Below, in pieces: positions 47,983 through 56,427 of a stretch of DNA of 64,000 nt. Each line of letters opens with the position of its first letter. Within the stretch, counting starts at the first letter, position 1. Source of the DNA: Clostridia bacterium (lineage in GTDB: Bacteria; Bacillota; Clostridia; Oscillospirales; CAG-272); the NCBI GenBank assembly GCA_017621655.1, contig JAGASS010000051.1, positions 77,418 to 141,417 on the forward strand, read 5' to 3'. The notes under the pieces were generated by a model. The model worked only from the letters and a program-made list of their open reading frames with translations, had not been told where the DNA came from and searched no databases. The translations under genes and the position numbers were made by a program.

Positions 47983-48011
47983 TTGCAAAACCCTATTCTC
48001 TGATATATAAT
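47983..48011 (+). promoter_or_regulatory. sigma-A type promoter of the dcw (mraZ) operon
   Basis: TTGCAA, a 17-nt spacer, TATAAT. Confidence 0.65.
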
Positions 48012-48019
48012 TGTAGCAG

Positions 48020-48055
48020 AAGTGGTGAAAAGTGGGTCAAAGTGGTTGAAAAGTC
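48020..48055 (+). promoter_or_regulatory. candidate MraZ operator: direct repeats with 10-bp phasing
   Basis: AAGTGGTGAA AAGTGGGTCA AAGTGGTTGA AAAGTC lies immediately downstream of the -10. Confidence 0.6.
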
Positions 48056-48107
48056 CACGATATGACCGCAACTTCCCATAAAAACGTCAAGCAAGGAGGA
48101 AACGCGT

Positions 48108-48527
48108 ATGTTCTGCGGAGAATACAGTCACAATTTAGATAGCAAGAAGCGCGTCAGTCTTCCCTCTCGACTTCGCGAGGAGCTTGGCGAAACGGTCGTT
48201 ATGACAAAGAACGTAGATAAGTGTATTTCCCTTTACCCGATGGACCGCTGGGAGGATTTCACAGCAAAGCTTGAGACCCTTCCTCAGACCGAAACGAGAA
48301 TGATCAAGAGATTCCTCTTCTCCGCTGCGTTTGAAACGAATGTTGACGGTCAGGGACGCGTGCTTATATCCCCTACCCTTTGCGAATATGCAGGTCTTAC
48401 CCGTGCCGTAAAGATAATCGGCGTTGGCGACCACATTGAGATCTGGGACGAGGAAAGCTGGATAAACGAAAGCAATTCCGAAAACACCGCAGACATTACC
48501 GATCTGCTCATAAAGCTCGGTTTCTGA
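48108..48527 (+). CDS. mraZ: division/cell wall cluster transcriptional regulator MraZ
   Basis: Two SpoVT/AbrB-like halves (LDSKKRVSLP and VDGQGRVLIP), 139 aa, first gene of the dcw cluster. Confidence 0.92.
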   Translation: MFCGEYSHNLDSKKRVSLPSRLREELGETVVMTKNVDKCISLYPMDRWEDFTAKLETLPQTETRMIKRFLFSAAFETNVDGQGRVLISPTLCEYAGLTRAVKIIGVGDHIEIWDEESWINESNSENTADITDLLIKLGF

Positions 48528-48528
48528 T

Positions 48529-49461
48529 ATGGCAGTTAACTTTGAACACTACTCCGTAATGCTGAATGAGTGCATCGACGGACTGAACATAAAGCCCGAC
48601 GGTCTCTACGTAGACTGCACGGCAGGCGGCGGCGGACACAGCTACGCCATCGCGAGCCGATTGAACGAAAACGGAAAGCTCATTGCAATTGACCGCGACA
48701 TCGACGCGATTGAGGCAGTGACCGAGCGACTTGCTCCCTTCTCCGACAGAGTCGAGATCGTGAAGAACAACTTCTCGAATCTCAAAGAGATACTTAACGG
48801 ACGCAAGCCCGACGGAGTGCTTATCGACCTCGGAATCTCCTCTCATCAAATCGACGTAGCCGGGCGTGGTTTCTCCTATAACGCAGATGCCCCTCTCGAT
48901 ATGAGAATGAACAGAGATGATCCCATCTCAGCATACGATATTGTAAACACCTATTCCGAGGAAAAGCTAGCGAACATCATCTTCCAGTACGGTGAAGAAA
49001 AATTTTCCAGAAGGATCGCCTCAAGAATAGTTGAAGCAAGAAAAACAAAACCTATAAATACAACGCTTGAGCTTGTATCCATAATAACCGACTCGATTCC
49101 CCCGAAGTTCCGCGAAAAAGGATCAAACCCCGCAAAAAGAACCTTTCAGGCAATCAGAATCGAGGTCAACGGCGAGCTTGAAATAATCCCGCCGACGGTA
49201 AAAGACATCACGGAATGCTTAAACGTGGGCGGACGAATGGCGATAATTACCTTCCATTCACTTGAGGACCGACTCGTTAAGCAAACTATAAACGATCTCA
49301 GCAAGGGCTGCACCTGCCCTCCGAGCTTCCCTGTCTGCGTATGCGGAAAGAAGCCGACGGTAAAGCAGATTTCAAGAAAACCGATACTCCCAAGCGACAA
49401 GGAGCTTGAAGAAAACAAGAGAAGCCACAGCGCAAAGCTTCGCGTGGCAGAAAAACTTTAA
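48529..49461 (+). CDS. rsmH: 16S rRNA (cytosine1402-N4)-methyltransferase
   Basis: HYSVMLNE, DCTAGGGGHS, DLGISSHQ and FHSLEDR motifs. Confidence 0.93.
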   Translation: MAVNFEHYSVMLNECIDGLNIKPDGLYVDCTAGGGGHSYAIASRLNENGKLIAIDRDIDAIEAVTERLAPFSDRVEIVKNNFSNLKEILNGRKPDGVLIDLGISSHQIDVAGRGFSYNADAPLDMRMNRDDPISAYDIVNTYSEEKLANIIFQYGEEKFSRRIASRIVEARKTKPINTTLELVSIITDSIPPKFREKGSNPAKRTFQAIRIEVNGELEIIPPTVKDITECLNVGGRMAIITFHSLEDRLVKQTINDLSKGCTCPPSFPVCVCGKKPTVKQISRKPILPSDKELEENKRSHSAKLRVAEKL

Positions 49462-49481
49462 GAAAGAAGGATAACCAAATC

Positions 49482-50057
49482 ATGAGCGAAGTCGTAAGAG
49501 CAAATGCCAACAATGAAAGATCACGCGCAAACACCTCCTCGATGAGAAACTCAAACGGTTACAGCAGAATAAAGAACGGTGAGCACAAAAGAAGAGGCGT
49601 TACCCGTTCGCCCAATATGTCGAATCCAAACGCAAGAGCCGCAAAGGCAGACGTCGCTGTAGGTTCTATTCCCGTAAGCGTTCCCGCAAAGAAGATGGCG
49701 GTGCCTGTAGCAAGCGTAAGAACCGAGCCGACAGTAAGAACAGTTACCGACACGACGAAGACTGCTTTCCCGTATTCGGTAGTTTTCCTTTCCCTCCTCT
49801 GCTCGCTTCTCTTCTTCTATATGATATTCAATTACGTTCAGATAAACGAGCATACCTCCACCGTCTCCGATCTCAAGAGCGAGATCGCTACTCTCTCCTT
49901 TGAAGCAGAGGATCTGACAGCTAAGCTCGATATTAAAAACGACCTTACCGTTATCGAAAAGATAGCCAAGGAAAAGCTCGGTATGGTAACCGTCGACGAG
50001 ATAGCAAAGAAATATATCACAATGGATCCCGGTGACACAATCGACCCAAGCAAATAA
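49482..50057 (+). CDS. ftsL: FtsL-like cell division protein with long basic N-terminal tail
   Basis: It occupies the position after rsmH. One TM (VVFLSLLCSLLFFYMIF) is followed by a coiled-coil-like segment (LKSEIATLSFEAEDLTAKLD). Confidence 0.6.
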   Translation: MSEVVRANANNERSRANTSSMRNSNGYSRIKNGEHKRRGVTRSPNMSNPNARAAKADVAVGSIPVSVPAKKMAVPVASVRTEPTVRTVTDTTKTAFPYSVVFLSLLCSLLFFYMIFNYVQINEHTSTVSDLKSEIATLSFEAEDLTAKLDIKNDLTVIEKIAKEKLGMVTVDEIAKKYITMDPGDTIDPSK

Positions 50058-50085
50058 TGAGTTAAGCGATTAAATCACGATCATC

Positions 50086-50130
50086 AGGAACAACGGCAAA
50101 AAAATTTACCGTTGTTCCTCTTTTTCTTTC
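50086..50130 (+). terminator. intrinsic terminator inside the dcw cluster (after ftsL)
   Basis: AGGAACAACGG, a 12-nt loop, CCGTTGTTCCT, followed by CTTTTTCTTTC. Confidence 0.7.
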
Positions 50131-50219
50131 TATTTTGTATTGTAAATTCATATATTTAGTAGTATAATATATATAAGTATACCCATCTTCCGTCAATTAA
50201 CGCGGAAGAGCAAACGGAG

Positions 50220-52481
50220 GTGCCTAAAATTAAACCCTCAACTACCGCACGTAAAAGAATGATACCCGGCAGATCCATGATAATACTGATGTGTTTCATG
50301 GCTTTTTGGTGCGTTCTCATTTTTAGACTTTTCCAGTTACAGATAATTGAGTACGATAAATATCAGAATAAGGTAATAAACAATATTCAGCGCTATACCA
50401 CGCTTAAAGCGGAGCGAGGAGAGATATACGACACAAACATGACTAAGCTTGCGTCGAATCACACAGTCTACCGTGTATTCATTTCACCTCGTGACATCGA
50501 AAAGAGCGGAAAAGCCGAGCTTATCTCAAAAGGACTTTCCGAAATTCTCGACGTCGATTACGAGAAGATACTCGCGCTGACGAAAAAGACGCACCGCGCC
50601 GATGAAACGGTACTGAAAAAAGCCACCGAGGAGCAGGCAGACGCAGTCAGAGCTTTTATACTTGCAAACGACCTTAAGCTTCAGGTGCATCTCGAGGCAG
50701 GATCGTCGCGATACTATCCCTTCTCTTCCCTTGCATCAAACGTTATAGGTGTCGTCGGCACAGACCAGGGTCTTAGCGGCCTTGAGCTTGAATACAACTC
50801 GTTCCTAAAGGGCGAATCGGGTAAATACATAACCTCAAAGGATGCGCAGGGCGGACAGATGCCCGGCAAATACGATACCTATATCGACGCGTCAAACGGT
50901 GCAAACCTCGTCACCACAATTGACGTTACCATCCAACGCGCGCTCGAAAATCAAGTTAAGCAGGCGTACCTCGATTCTAATCCGCTGAACCGAGTTACGG
51001 GAATCGTTATGGACTGTAACACGGGAGCAATTCTCGCAATGGCAACCTATCCATCCTTCGATCTTAACTCCCCCTATGAGCTGGATCAGAACTCGCAAAG
51101 CAAGCTTGAAAACAGCGGTCTCGACCCTGAATCGACCGAATATTCAAAGTACCGCACCGAGCTTCTATATACGCTTTGGAGAAACAAGGCAGTATCAGAG
51201 CTTTACGAGCCGGGATCGACCTTCAAGATAATGACGAGTGCTATGGCGCTTGAAGAAGGTGTCGTCTCCCCGAATGAGGGATTTTATTGCAGCGGCTCGT
51301 ACAAGGTTGCAGGGTATCCGAATCCGATACACTGTCACAGAACGAAGGGTCACCGTTCTATAACCTTCACGACCGGTCTACAAATGTCTTGTAACCCTCT
51401 GATGATGACCGTGTCTCGCCGTCTCGGTCAAGACACCTTCTATAAGTATTTCGAGTCCTTCGGAATAACCTCAAGGACGGGTATAGACCTACCCGGTGAG
51501 GCAAAGGGTATCTATTCGACAAAAACTGATTTTACCGACGTTTCTCTTGCCGTCTACTCGTTCGGTCAGACCTTCAAGGTCACACCTCTTACACAGCTCA
51601 CAGCCATCAATACAGTTGCAAACGGCGGTAATCTGCTTACACCCTACGTCGTTGATAAGATCATTGACGACGACGGAAACATTCTTATGCAGCATGAGAC
51701 GATAATCAAGCGTCAGGTCGTAAGCGAAAGCGTATGCAAAACACTTGCAACGATCCTTGAGGGCGGCGTCTCCAGCAAAAACGGCGGTGCCAAGAACGCA
51801 TACGTTGCAGGATACAAGATCGCCGCTAAAACCGGTACATCCGAGATCCGCGACCTTGCAGACCCCGACGGTAACTTCTCTTACCGTGTCGGCTCTTGTG
51901 CCGCATTCGCGCCTGCTGACGACCCGCAGATAGCCGCAATAATAGTGGTTGACACCCCTACCTCCCCCTCCAAGTACGGAAGCACCGTCGCCGCGCCCTA
52001 TATTGCGGGACTTCTTGACGAGATACTTCCTTATATCGGAATCGAGCGTAACTATTCCGACGCAGAGCTTAAGAAAATCAAAACGACTCTTAGTAACTAC
52101 GTTGGCTGGTCAAAGGCGGATACGATCTCTGCCGTCGTCAATCGCGGCATCGAATACGAGATCCGCGGTGACGGTGACGTGATAACCTACCAGGTTCCCG
52201 CAAAGGGTCAGGAAATAATGAAGAATTCGGGAAAGGTCATCTTCTACACAGGATCGGCAACTCCCGTCGCAAACAAGACGGTTCCCGACGTAGTCGGACA
52301 GACCGCAACCGCGGCAAACAGAACGCTCAGCAACCGCGGATTTAACGTCATCATTAACGGCGCGGCTAACACCACCTCTGCCGAGGCGTACGTCGTATCG
52401 CAGTCCATTTCCCCCGGAACTCTCGTAACCGAGGGAACTGTCGTTACGATAACCGTCCGTTATCTTGACGAAACAGCGTAA
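50220..52481 (+). CDS. class B penicillin-binding protein (FtsI/SpoVD type) with two C-terminal PASTA domains
   Basis: STFK (EPGSTFKIM), SCN and KTGT transpeptidase motifs, plus two PASTA-like repeats at the C-terminus. The start is uncertain: GTG 50220 overlaps the GGAGG SD, and the alternatives are ATT 50229 and ATG 50259. Confidence 0.88.
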   Translation: MPKIKPSTTARKRMIPGRSMIILMCFMAFWCVLIFRLFQLQIIEYDKYQNKVINNIQRYTTLKAERGEIYDTNMTKLASNHTVYRVFISPRDIEKSGKAELISKGLSEILDVDYEKILALTKKTHRADETVLKKATEEQADAVRAFILANDLKLQVHLEAGSSRYYPFSSLASNVIGVVGTDQGLSGLELEYNSFLKGESGKYITSKDAQGGQMPGKYDTYIDASNGANLVTTIDVTIQRALENQVKQAYLDSNPLNRVTGIVMDCNTGAILAMATYPSFDLNSPYELDQNSQSKLENSGLDPESTEYSKYRTELLYTLWRNKAVSELYEPGSTFKIMTSAMALEEGVVSPNEGFYCSGSYKVAGYPNPIHCHRTKGHRSITFTTGLQMSCNPLMMTVSRRLGQDTFYKYFESFGITSRTGIDLPGEAKGIYSTKTDFTDVSLAVYSFGQTFKVTPLTQLTAINTVANGGNLLTPYVVDKIIDDDGNILMQHETIIKRQVVSESVCKTLATILEGGVSSKNGGAKNAYVAGYKIAAKTGTSEIRDLADPDGNFSYRVGSCAAFAPADDPQIAAIIVVDTPTSPSKYGSTVAAPYIAGLLDEILPYIGIERNYSDAELKKIKTTLSNYVGWSKADTISAVVNRGIEYEIRGDGDVITYQVPAKGQEIMKNSGKVIFYTGSATPVANKTVPDVVGQTATAANRTLSNRGFNVIINGAANTTSAEAYVVSQSISPGTLVTEGTVVTITVRYLDETA

Positions 52482-52506
52482 ATTACTAACAGATTGGAGC
52501 AAATTT

Positions 52507-53973
52507 ATGTTACTGAACAAAATGCTCGAAAACATACCCTGCCGTCTTTCGGCAGATATTCCGCAAATAGAAATAAAGGGAATCACCCCCGACCCTACAC
52601 TTTGCAAGGAGGGTTATCTCTTCGTCTGCATCAAGGGCTTCACGCGTGACGGACACCTTATTATCGACAAGGCGATCGAAAACGGTGCAGTTGCCTTTGC
52701 TATAGATGAAAACCGCCCTGAAATTGAGGAAAAGCTGAACGCGCTTTCTCTTCCCTACGCTATTTTTGAAAACACGCGTGCAGGTGAAGCGTATCTGACG
52801 TCGCGCTTTTATAACGATCCGTGGAAGGATCTCAAAATCACGGCTGTAACGGGTACAAACGGTAAAACGAGTACCGTTACGATGCTGACCGAAATATACC
52901 GCGCGGCAGGCGTTAAGGCGGCGACAATAGGAACGATAACAGGAAAGATGACGACCCCTGATCCGTCGGTACTCTACCCGCTTCTCGCGCAGTATCGAGA
53001 CGAGGGGTATTCGCACGTTATCATGGAAGCTTCCTCTCACGCGCTTGCTCTCGGCAAGCTCGAGCCGATAGAATTCGACTGTGGCGTGTTTACGAATCTC
53101 ACTCCCGAGCATCTTGATTTTCATAAAACGCTTGACGAATATGCAAAGGCAAAGGCAAAGCTTTTCCCGCGCGTCAGACGCGCGATAATCAATGCCGACG
53201 ACAGCTATTCGTCGGTTATGATAAATGCGTCAAAGAACCCGATCCTCTGCTCTGCAAAGGGTACGGCTGTTGATTTCTGTGCTAAGAACATTTCCGATAA
53301 CAAGAGCCAAGGTATTGATTACGACGTCTTTACGAAGGACCTCGTTTTCAGGATCACCTCCCCAATTCCCGGCTCGTTCACCGTTATGAACACCCTTGAA
53401 GCCGCAACCGCCGCTTATACCGACGGTGTTCCGCACAGAACGATAATGGCGGCTCTCAGCCGCTTTACAGGTGTCAAGGGCAGAATGGAGCGCATCGCTC
53501 TGCCGACGAACGACTTTTCTCTCTACATAGATTTCGCGCACACACCCGACGCGCTTGAGAACGTACTGAGAACCGTTCGCCGTTTCATGAAGGATGAACA
53601 GCGTCTTGTGCTTCTCTTCGGCTGCGGTGGAGACCGCGACCGCACAAAGCGTCCCGTAATGGGTGGGATCGCCTCAAAAATGGCTGATTTCGTAATCGTT
53701 ACTGCCGATAACAGCAGAAGCGAAAACACAAGAGATATTATAGGCAATATTCTTGAGGGCTTCGATGAAAGCTGTCCTCATACGGTTATCGAAAACCGCA
53801 AGGAAGCGATCGAATACGCGGTAAAGACCGCACAGCTCGGTGACGTTATCCTGCTTGCAGGTAAGGGACACGAGGAATATGAGATAATGCCCGACGGCAC
53901 TCATCCCTTCTCGGAGAGAAATATTGCTCTTGAAGCATCAAAGCAGTATCTTAAGGATCACGGACTATACTGA
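52507..53973 (+). CDS. murE: UDP-N-acetylmuramoyl-L-alanyl-D-glutamate--2,6-diaminopimelate ligase
   Basis: VTGTNGKTS P-loop and Mur ligase middle and C-terminal domains, in dcw context. The start is ATG 52507 after GGAG (the ORF-track TTG start overlaps the PBP gene). Confidence 0.9.
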   Translation: MLLNKMLENIPCRLSADIPQIEIKGITPDPTLCKEGYLFVCIKGFTRDGHLIIDKAIENGAVAFAIDENRPEIEEKLNALSLPYAIFENTRAGEAYLTSRFYNDPWKDLKITAVTGTNGKTSTVTMLTEIYRAAGVKAATIGTITGKMTTPDPSVLYPLLAQYRDEGYSHVIMEASSHALALGKLEPIEFDCGVFTNLTPEHLDFHKTLDEYAKAKAKLFPRVRRAIINADDSYSSVMINASKNPILCSAKGTAVDFCAKNISDNKSQGIDYDVFTKDLVFRITSPIPGSFTVMNTLEAATAAYTDGVPHRTIMAALSRFTGVKGRMERIALPTNDFSLYIDFAHTPDALENVLRTVRRFMKDEQRLVLLFGCGGDRDRTKRPVMGGIASKMADFVIVTADNSRSENTRDIIGNILEGFDESCPHTVIENRKEAIEYAVKTAQLGDVILLAGKGHEEYEIMPDGTHPFSERNIALEASKQYLKDHGLY

Positions 53974-53990
53974 TCGAAAGGAAATAAGCA

Positions 53991-55394
53991 ATGCTCGACA
54001 TTTTTCACGGCGCAAGCGGCGCATCTGTCGCCGATGCCTGTAAAGGAAAGCTCATATATGAAGGCGCAAAAAAGGTAAAAAGCGCTGTGATAGACTCGCG
54101 CAAGGTATCAGAGGGCGATCTATTCGTCGCAATTGTCGGCGAGCGCACAGACGGACATCTATATCTAACGTCTGCGGCAGAAAAGGGTGCTTCCGCTGTT
54201 TTAACCGAAAGAATACCGGAAGACCTTACACCGTTTGAAAATAGCGGCTGCTCGGTTATTCTCTGTGAAAACACCTCCCTGTCTCTTGCATATTTAGCTG
54301 CTGAACATAAAAAAGAATGCGAGCTTCTGACAGTCGGTGTTACAGGCAGTGTCGGTAAGACGACGACAAGACAGTTTATAGCAGCTGTTTTAGGTGCTAA
54401 ATTCCCGACGCACAAGACCGAGAGCAACTTCAATAACGCCCTCGGGCTTCCCCTTACCCTTCTCGGAATCAAAGAAGAACATAAGGCGGCAGTAATCGAA
54501 ATGGGCATGAGCGCAAAAGGCGAGATATCGTTTCTCACAAAGCTTACACGCCCCGATATTGGCGTAATTACCGTTATCGGCTCGTCTCACATCGAGCATC
54601 TCGGCTCACGCGAGGGAATACGCGACGCAAAGCTCGAGATAAGAGACGGAATGACTGAGGACGGAATACTCGTCCTTAACGGCGACGAGCCGCTTTTAAG
54701 TGATATTGAAAACGCAGTCTACGTTTCACTGCGTAATAAGGAATGTCCCTATCGCGCCGAGAATATACGTAACGACGAAGACGGAATGGTATTCGATGCG
54801 ATCACTCCCGACGGTGTAATCACCGATTGCCGCATTCCGACACTAGGCGAGCATACAGTCCTTGACGCAATGTATGCTGTCACAGTCGGAAAGCTTGCGG
54901 GACTTACAGATAGCGAGATCAAGCTTGGTCTATCATCCTTCGTCGGCGTAGGAATGAGACAGAATATCGTAAAGCATAACGGCATAACATTTATAAACGA
55001 CTATTATAACGCAAGCCCCGAATCTATCAAAGCTTCCCTTTCGGTCACAAAAGGACTTTCCAAAGACACAGGCGGAAGAACCATAGCGGTCATCGGAAAC
55101 GTAATGGAGCTTGGAGAAAGAAGCGAGGAGCTTCACCGTTCGGTCGGAAAGTACGTTTCGGAAATCGGAGTTGATCTTCTCTTCACGTTTGGAAACGATG
55201 CCTCATACATCGCCGATGAAGCACTTAAAAACGGCTTCAATAGTGATAATGTCTTCGTTTTCACCGACATAAAAGACGAAAAGCCCATATCCGAATGCGT
55301 TGCCGAAAAGCTTCAGGAAAACGACTGTGTGCTTATTAAAGCAAGCCACGGTATCGACATGGGCAGAATCGCAAAGATACTTCTCGAAAATTAA
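53991..55394 (+). CDS. murF: UDP-N-acetylmuramoyl-tripeptide--D-alanyl-D-alanine ligase
   Basis: VTGSVGKTTT P-loop and Mur ligase domains, in dcw context. Confidence 0.9.
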   Translation: MLDIFHGASGASVADACKGKLIYEGAKKVKSAVIDSRKVSEGDLFVAIVGERTDGHLYLTSAAEKGASAVLTERIPEDLTPFENSGCSVILCENTSLSLAYLAAEHKKECELLTVGVTGSVGKTTTRQFIAAVLGAKFPTHKTESNFNNALGLPLTLLGIKEEHKAAVIEMGMSAKGEISFLTKLTRPDIGVITVIGSSHIEHLGSREGIRDAKLEIRDGMTEDGILVLNGDEPLLSDIENAVYVSLRNKECPYRAENIRNDEDGMVFDAITPDGVITDCRIPTLGEHTVLDAMYAVTVGKLAGLTDSEIKLGLSSFVGVGMRQNIVKHNGITFINDYYNASPESIKASLSVTKGLSKDTGGRTIAVIGNVMELGERSEELHRSVGKYVSEIGVDLLFTFGNDASYIADEALKNGFNSDNVFVFTDIKDEKPISECVAEKLQENDCVLIKASHGIDMGRIAKILLEN

Positions 55395-55424
55395 AAGGAG
55401 CGGCTAAAGCCGAGGAATTAAAAA

Positions 55425-56414
55425 ATGATACTCTTTTATATTATCTCACTGCTTATAACGTTCGTAATGACCGCGGTAATTTTGCGTTTTCTTATCCCGT
55501 ATCTTAAAAGCAAGAAAATGGGACAGAAGATACTCGATATAGGACCGCGCTGGCATAAATCAAAGGAAGGCACACCGACGATGGGAGGATTATCCTTTCT
55601 CATCGCAATATCGCTCGTTTGCGCTACGCTCTTCACGGTGCTGTTTGCACAGACGGACGATAAGCAGATGCTCTTCCCCGTCATTTGCCTTGTTTTTGCG
55701 ATCCTTAATTCCGTCATCGGTATGATCGACGACAGAACGAAGTTCGCAAAAAATAAGAACGAGGGTCTATTATCCTGGCAAAAGTATCTCCTTCAGCTTA
55801 TTGTAGCGATACTTTTCGTGGTAACGGCAAGCTGCCTCGATTTTGTAGATACACATATTTATCTGCCATTCTTTAATAAGGCAGTCGACCTTGGATTCTT
55901 CTATTACATAATCGCCGTAATACTCATCACGGGCGTTGTAAACAGCGTAAACCTCGCTGACGGTATAGACGGACTTGCAGCGTCCGAAACTGCAGTAGTT
56001 GCCGCATTCTTCTCTGCGGTTGCATTCAAGAGTGAAAACAAAGCACTCGGCGTCCTTTCGGGATCGACTCTCGGCGGATGCCTCGGCTTCCTCGTATATA
56101 ACTTCTACCCTGCAAGAGTATTTATGGGAGACACGGGATCGCTCTTCCTCGGAGGTCTCGTTACCTCGATGGCATTCCTTATCGGAAATCCTCTCATAAT
56201 TCTAATCTGCGGCTTCGTGTACATAATGGAAGCGATCTCCGATATTATTCAGGTCGGATACTTCAAGATAACACACGGCAAGCGCTTCTTTAAGATGGCA
56301 CCTATACATCATCACTTTGAAAAATGCGGCTGGAGCGAGATAAAGGTCGTAACGGTATTCTCGCTTACGACACTCGTCCTCTGCGTCGTCTCATATTTCT
56401 TCGGAATAGCTTAA
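55425..56414 (+). CDS. mraY: phospho-N-acetylmuramoyl-pentapeptide-transferase
   Basis: KEGTPTMGG, NLADGIDGLA, MGDTGSL and APIHHHFE motifs. Confidence 0.95.
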   Translation: MILFYIISLLITFVMTAVILRFLIPYLKSKKMGQKILDIGPRWHKSKEGTPTMGGLSFLIAISLVCATLFTVLFAQTDDKQMLFPVICLVFAILNSVIGMIDDRTKFAKNKNEGLLSWQKYLLQLIVAILFVVTASCLDFVDTHIYLPFFNKAVDLGFFYYIIAVILITGVVNSVNLADGIDGLAASETAVVAAFFSAVAFKSENKALGVLSGSTLGGCLGFLVYNFYPARVFMGDTGSLFLGGLVTSMAFLIGNPLIILICGFVYIMEAISDIIQVGYFKITHGKRFFKMAPIHHHFEKCGWSEIKVVTVFSLTTLVLCVVSYFFGIA

Positions 56415-56427
56415 AAGGATCATAAAC

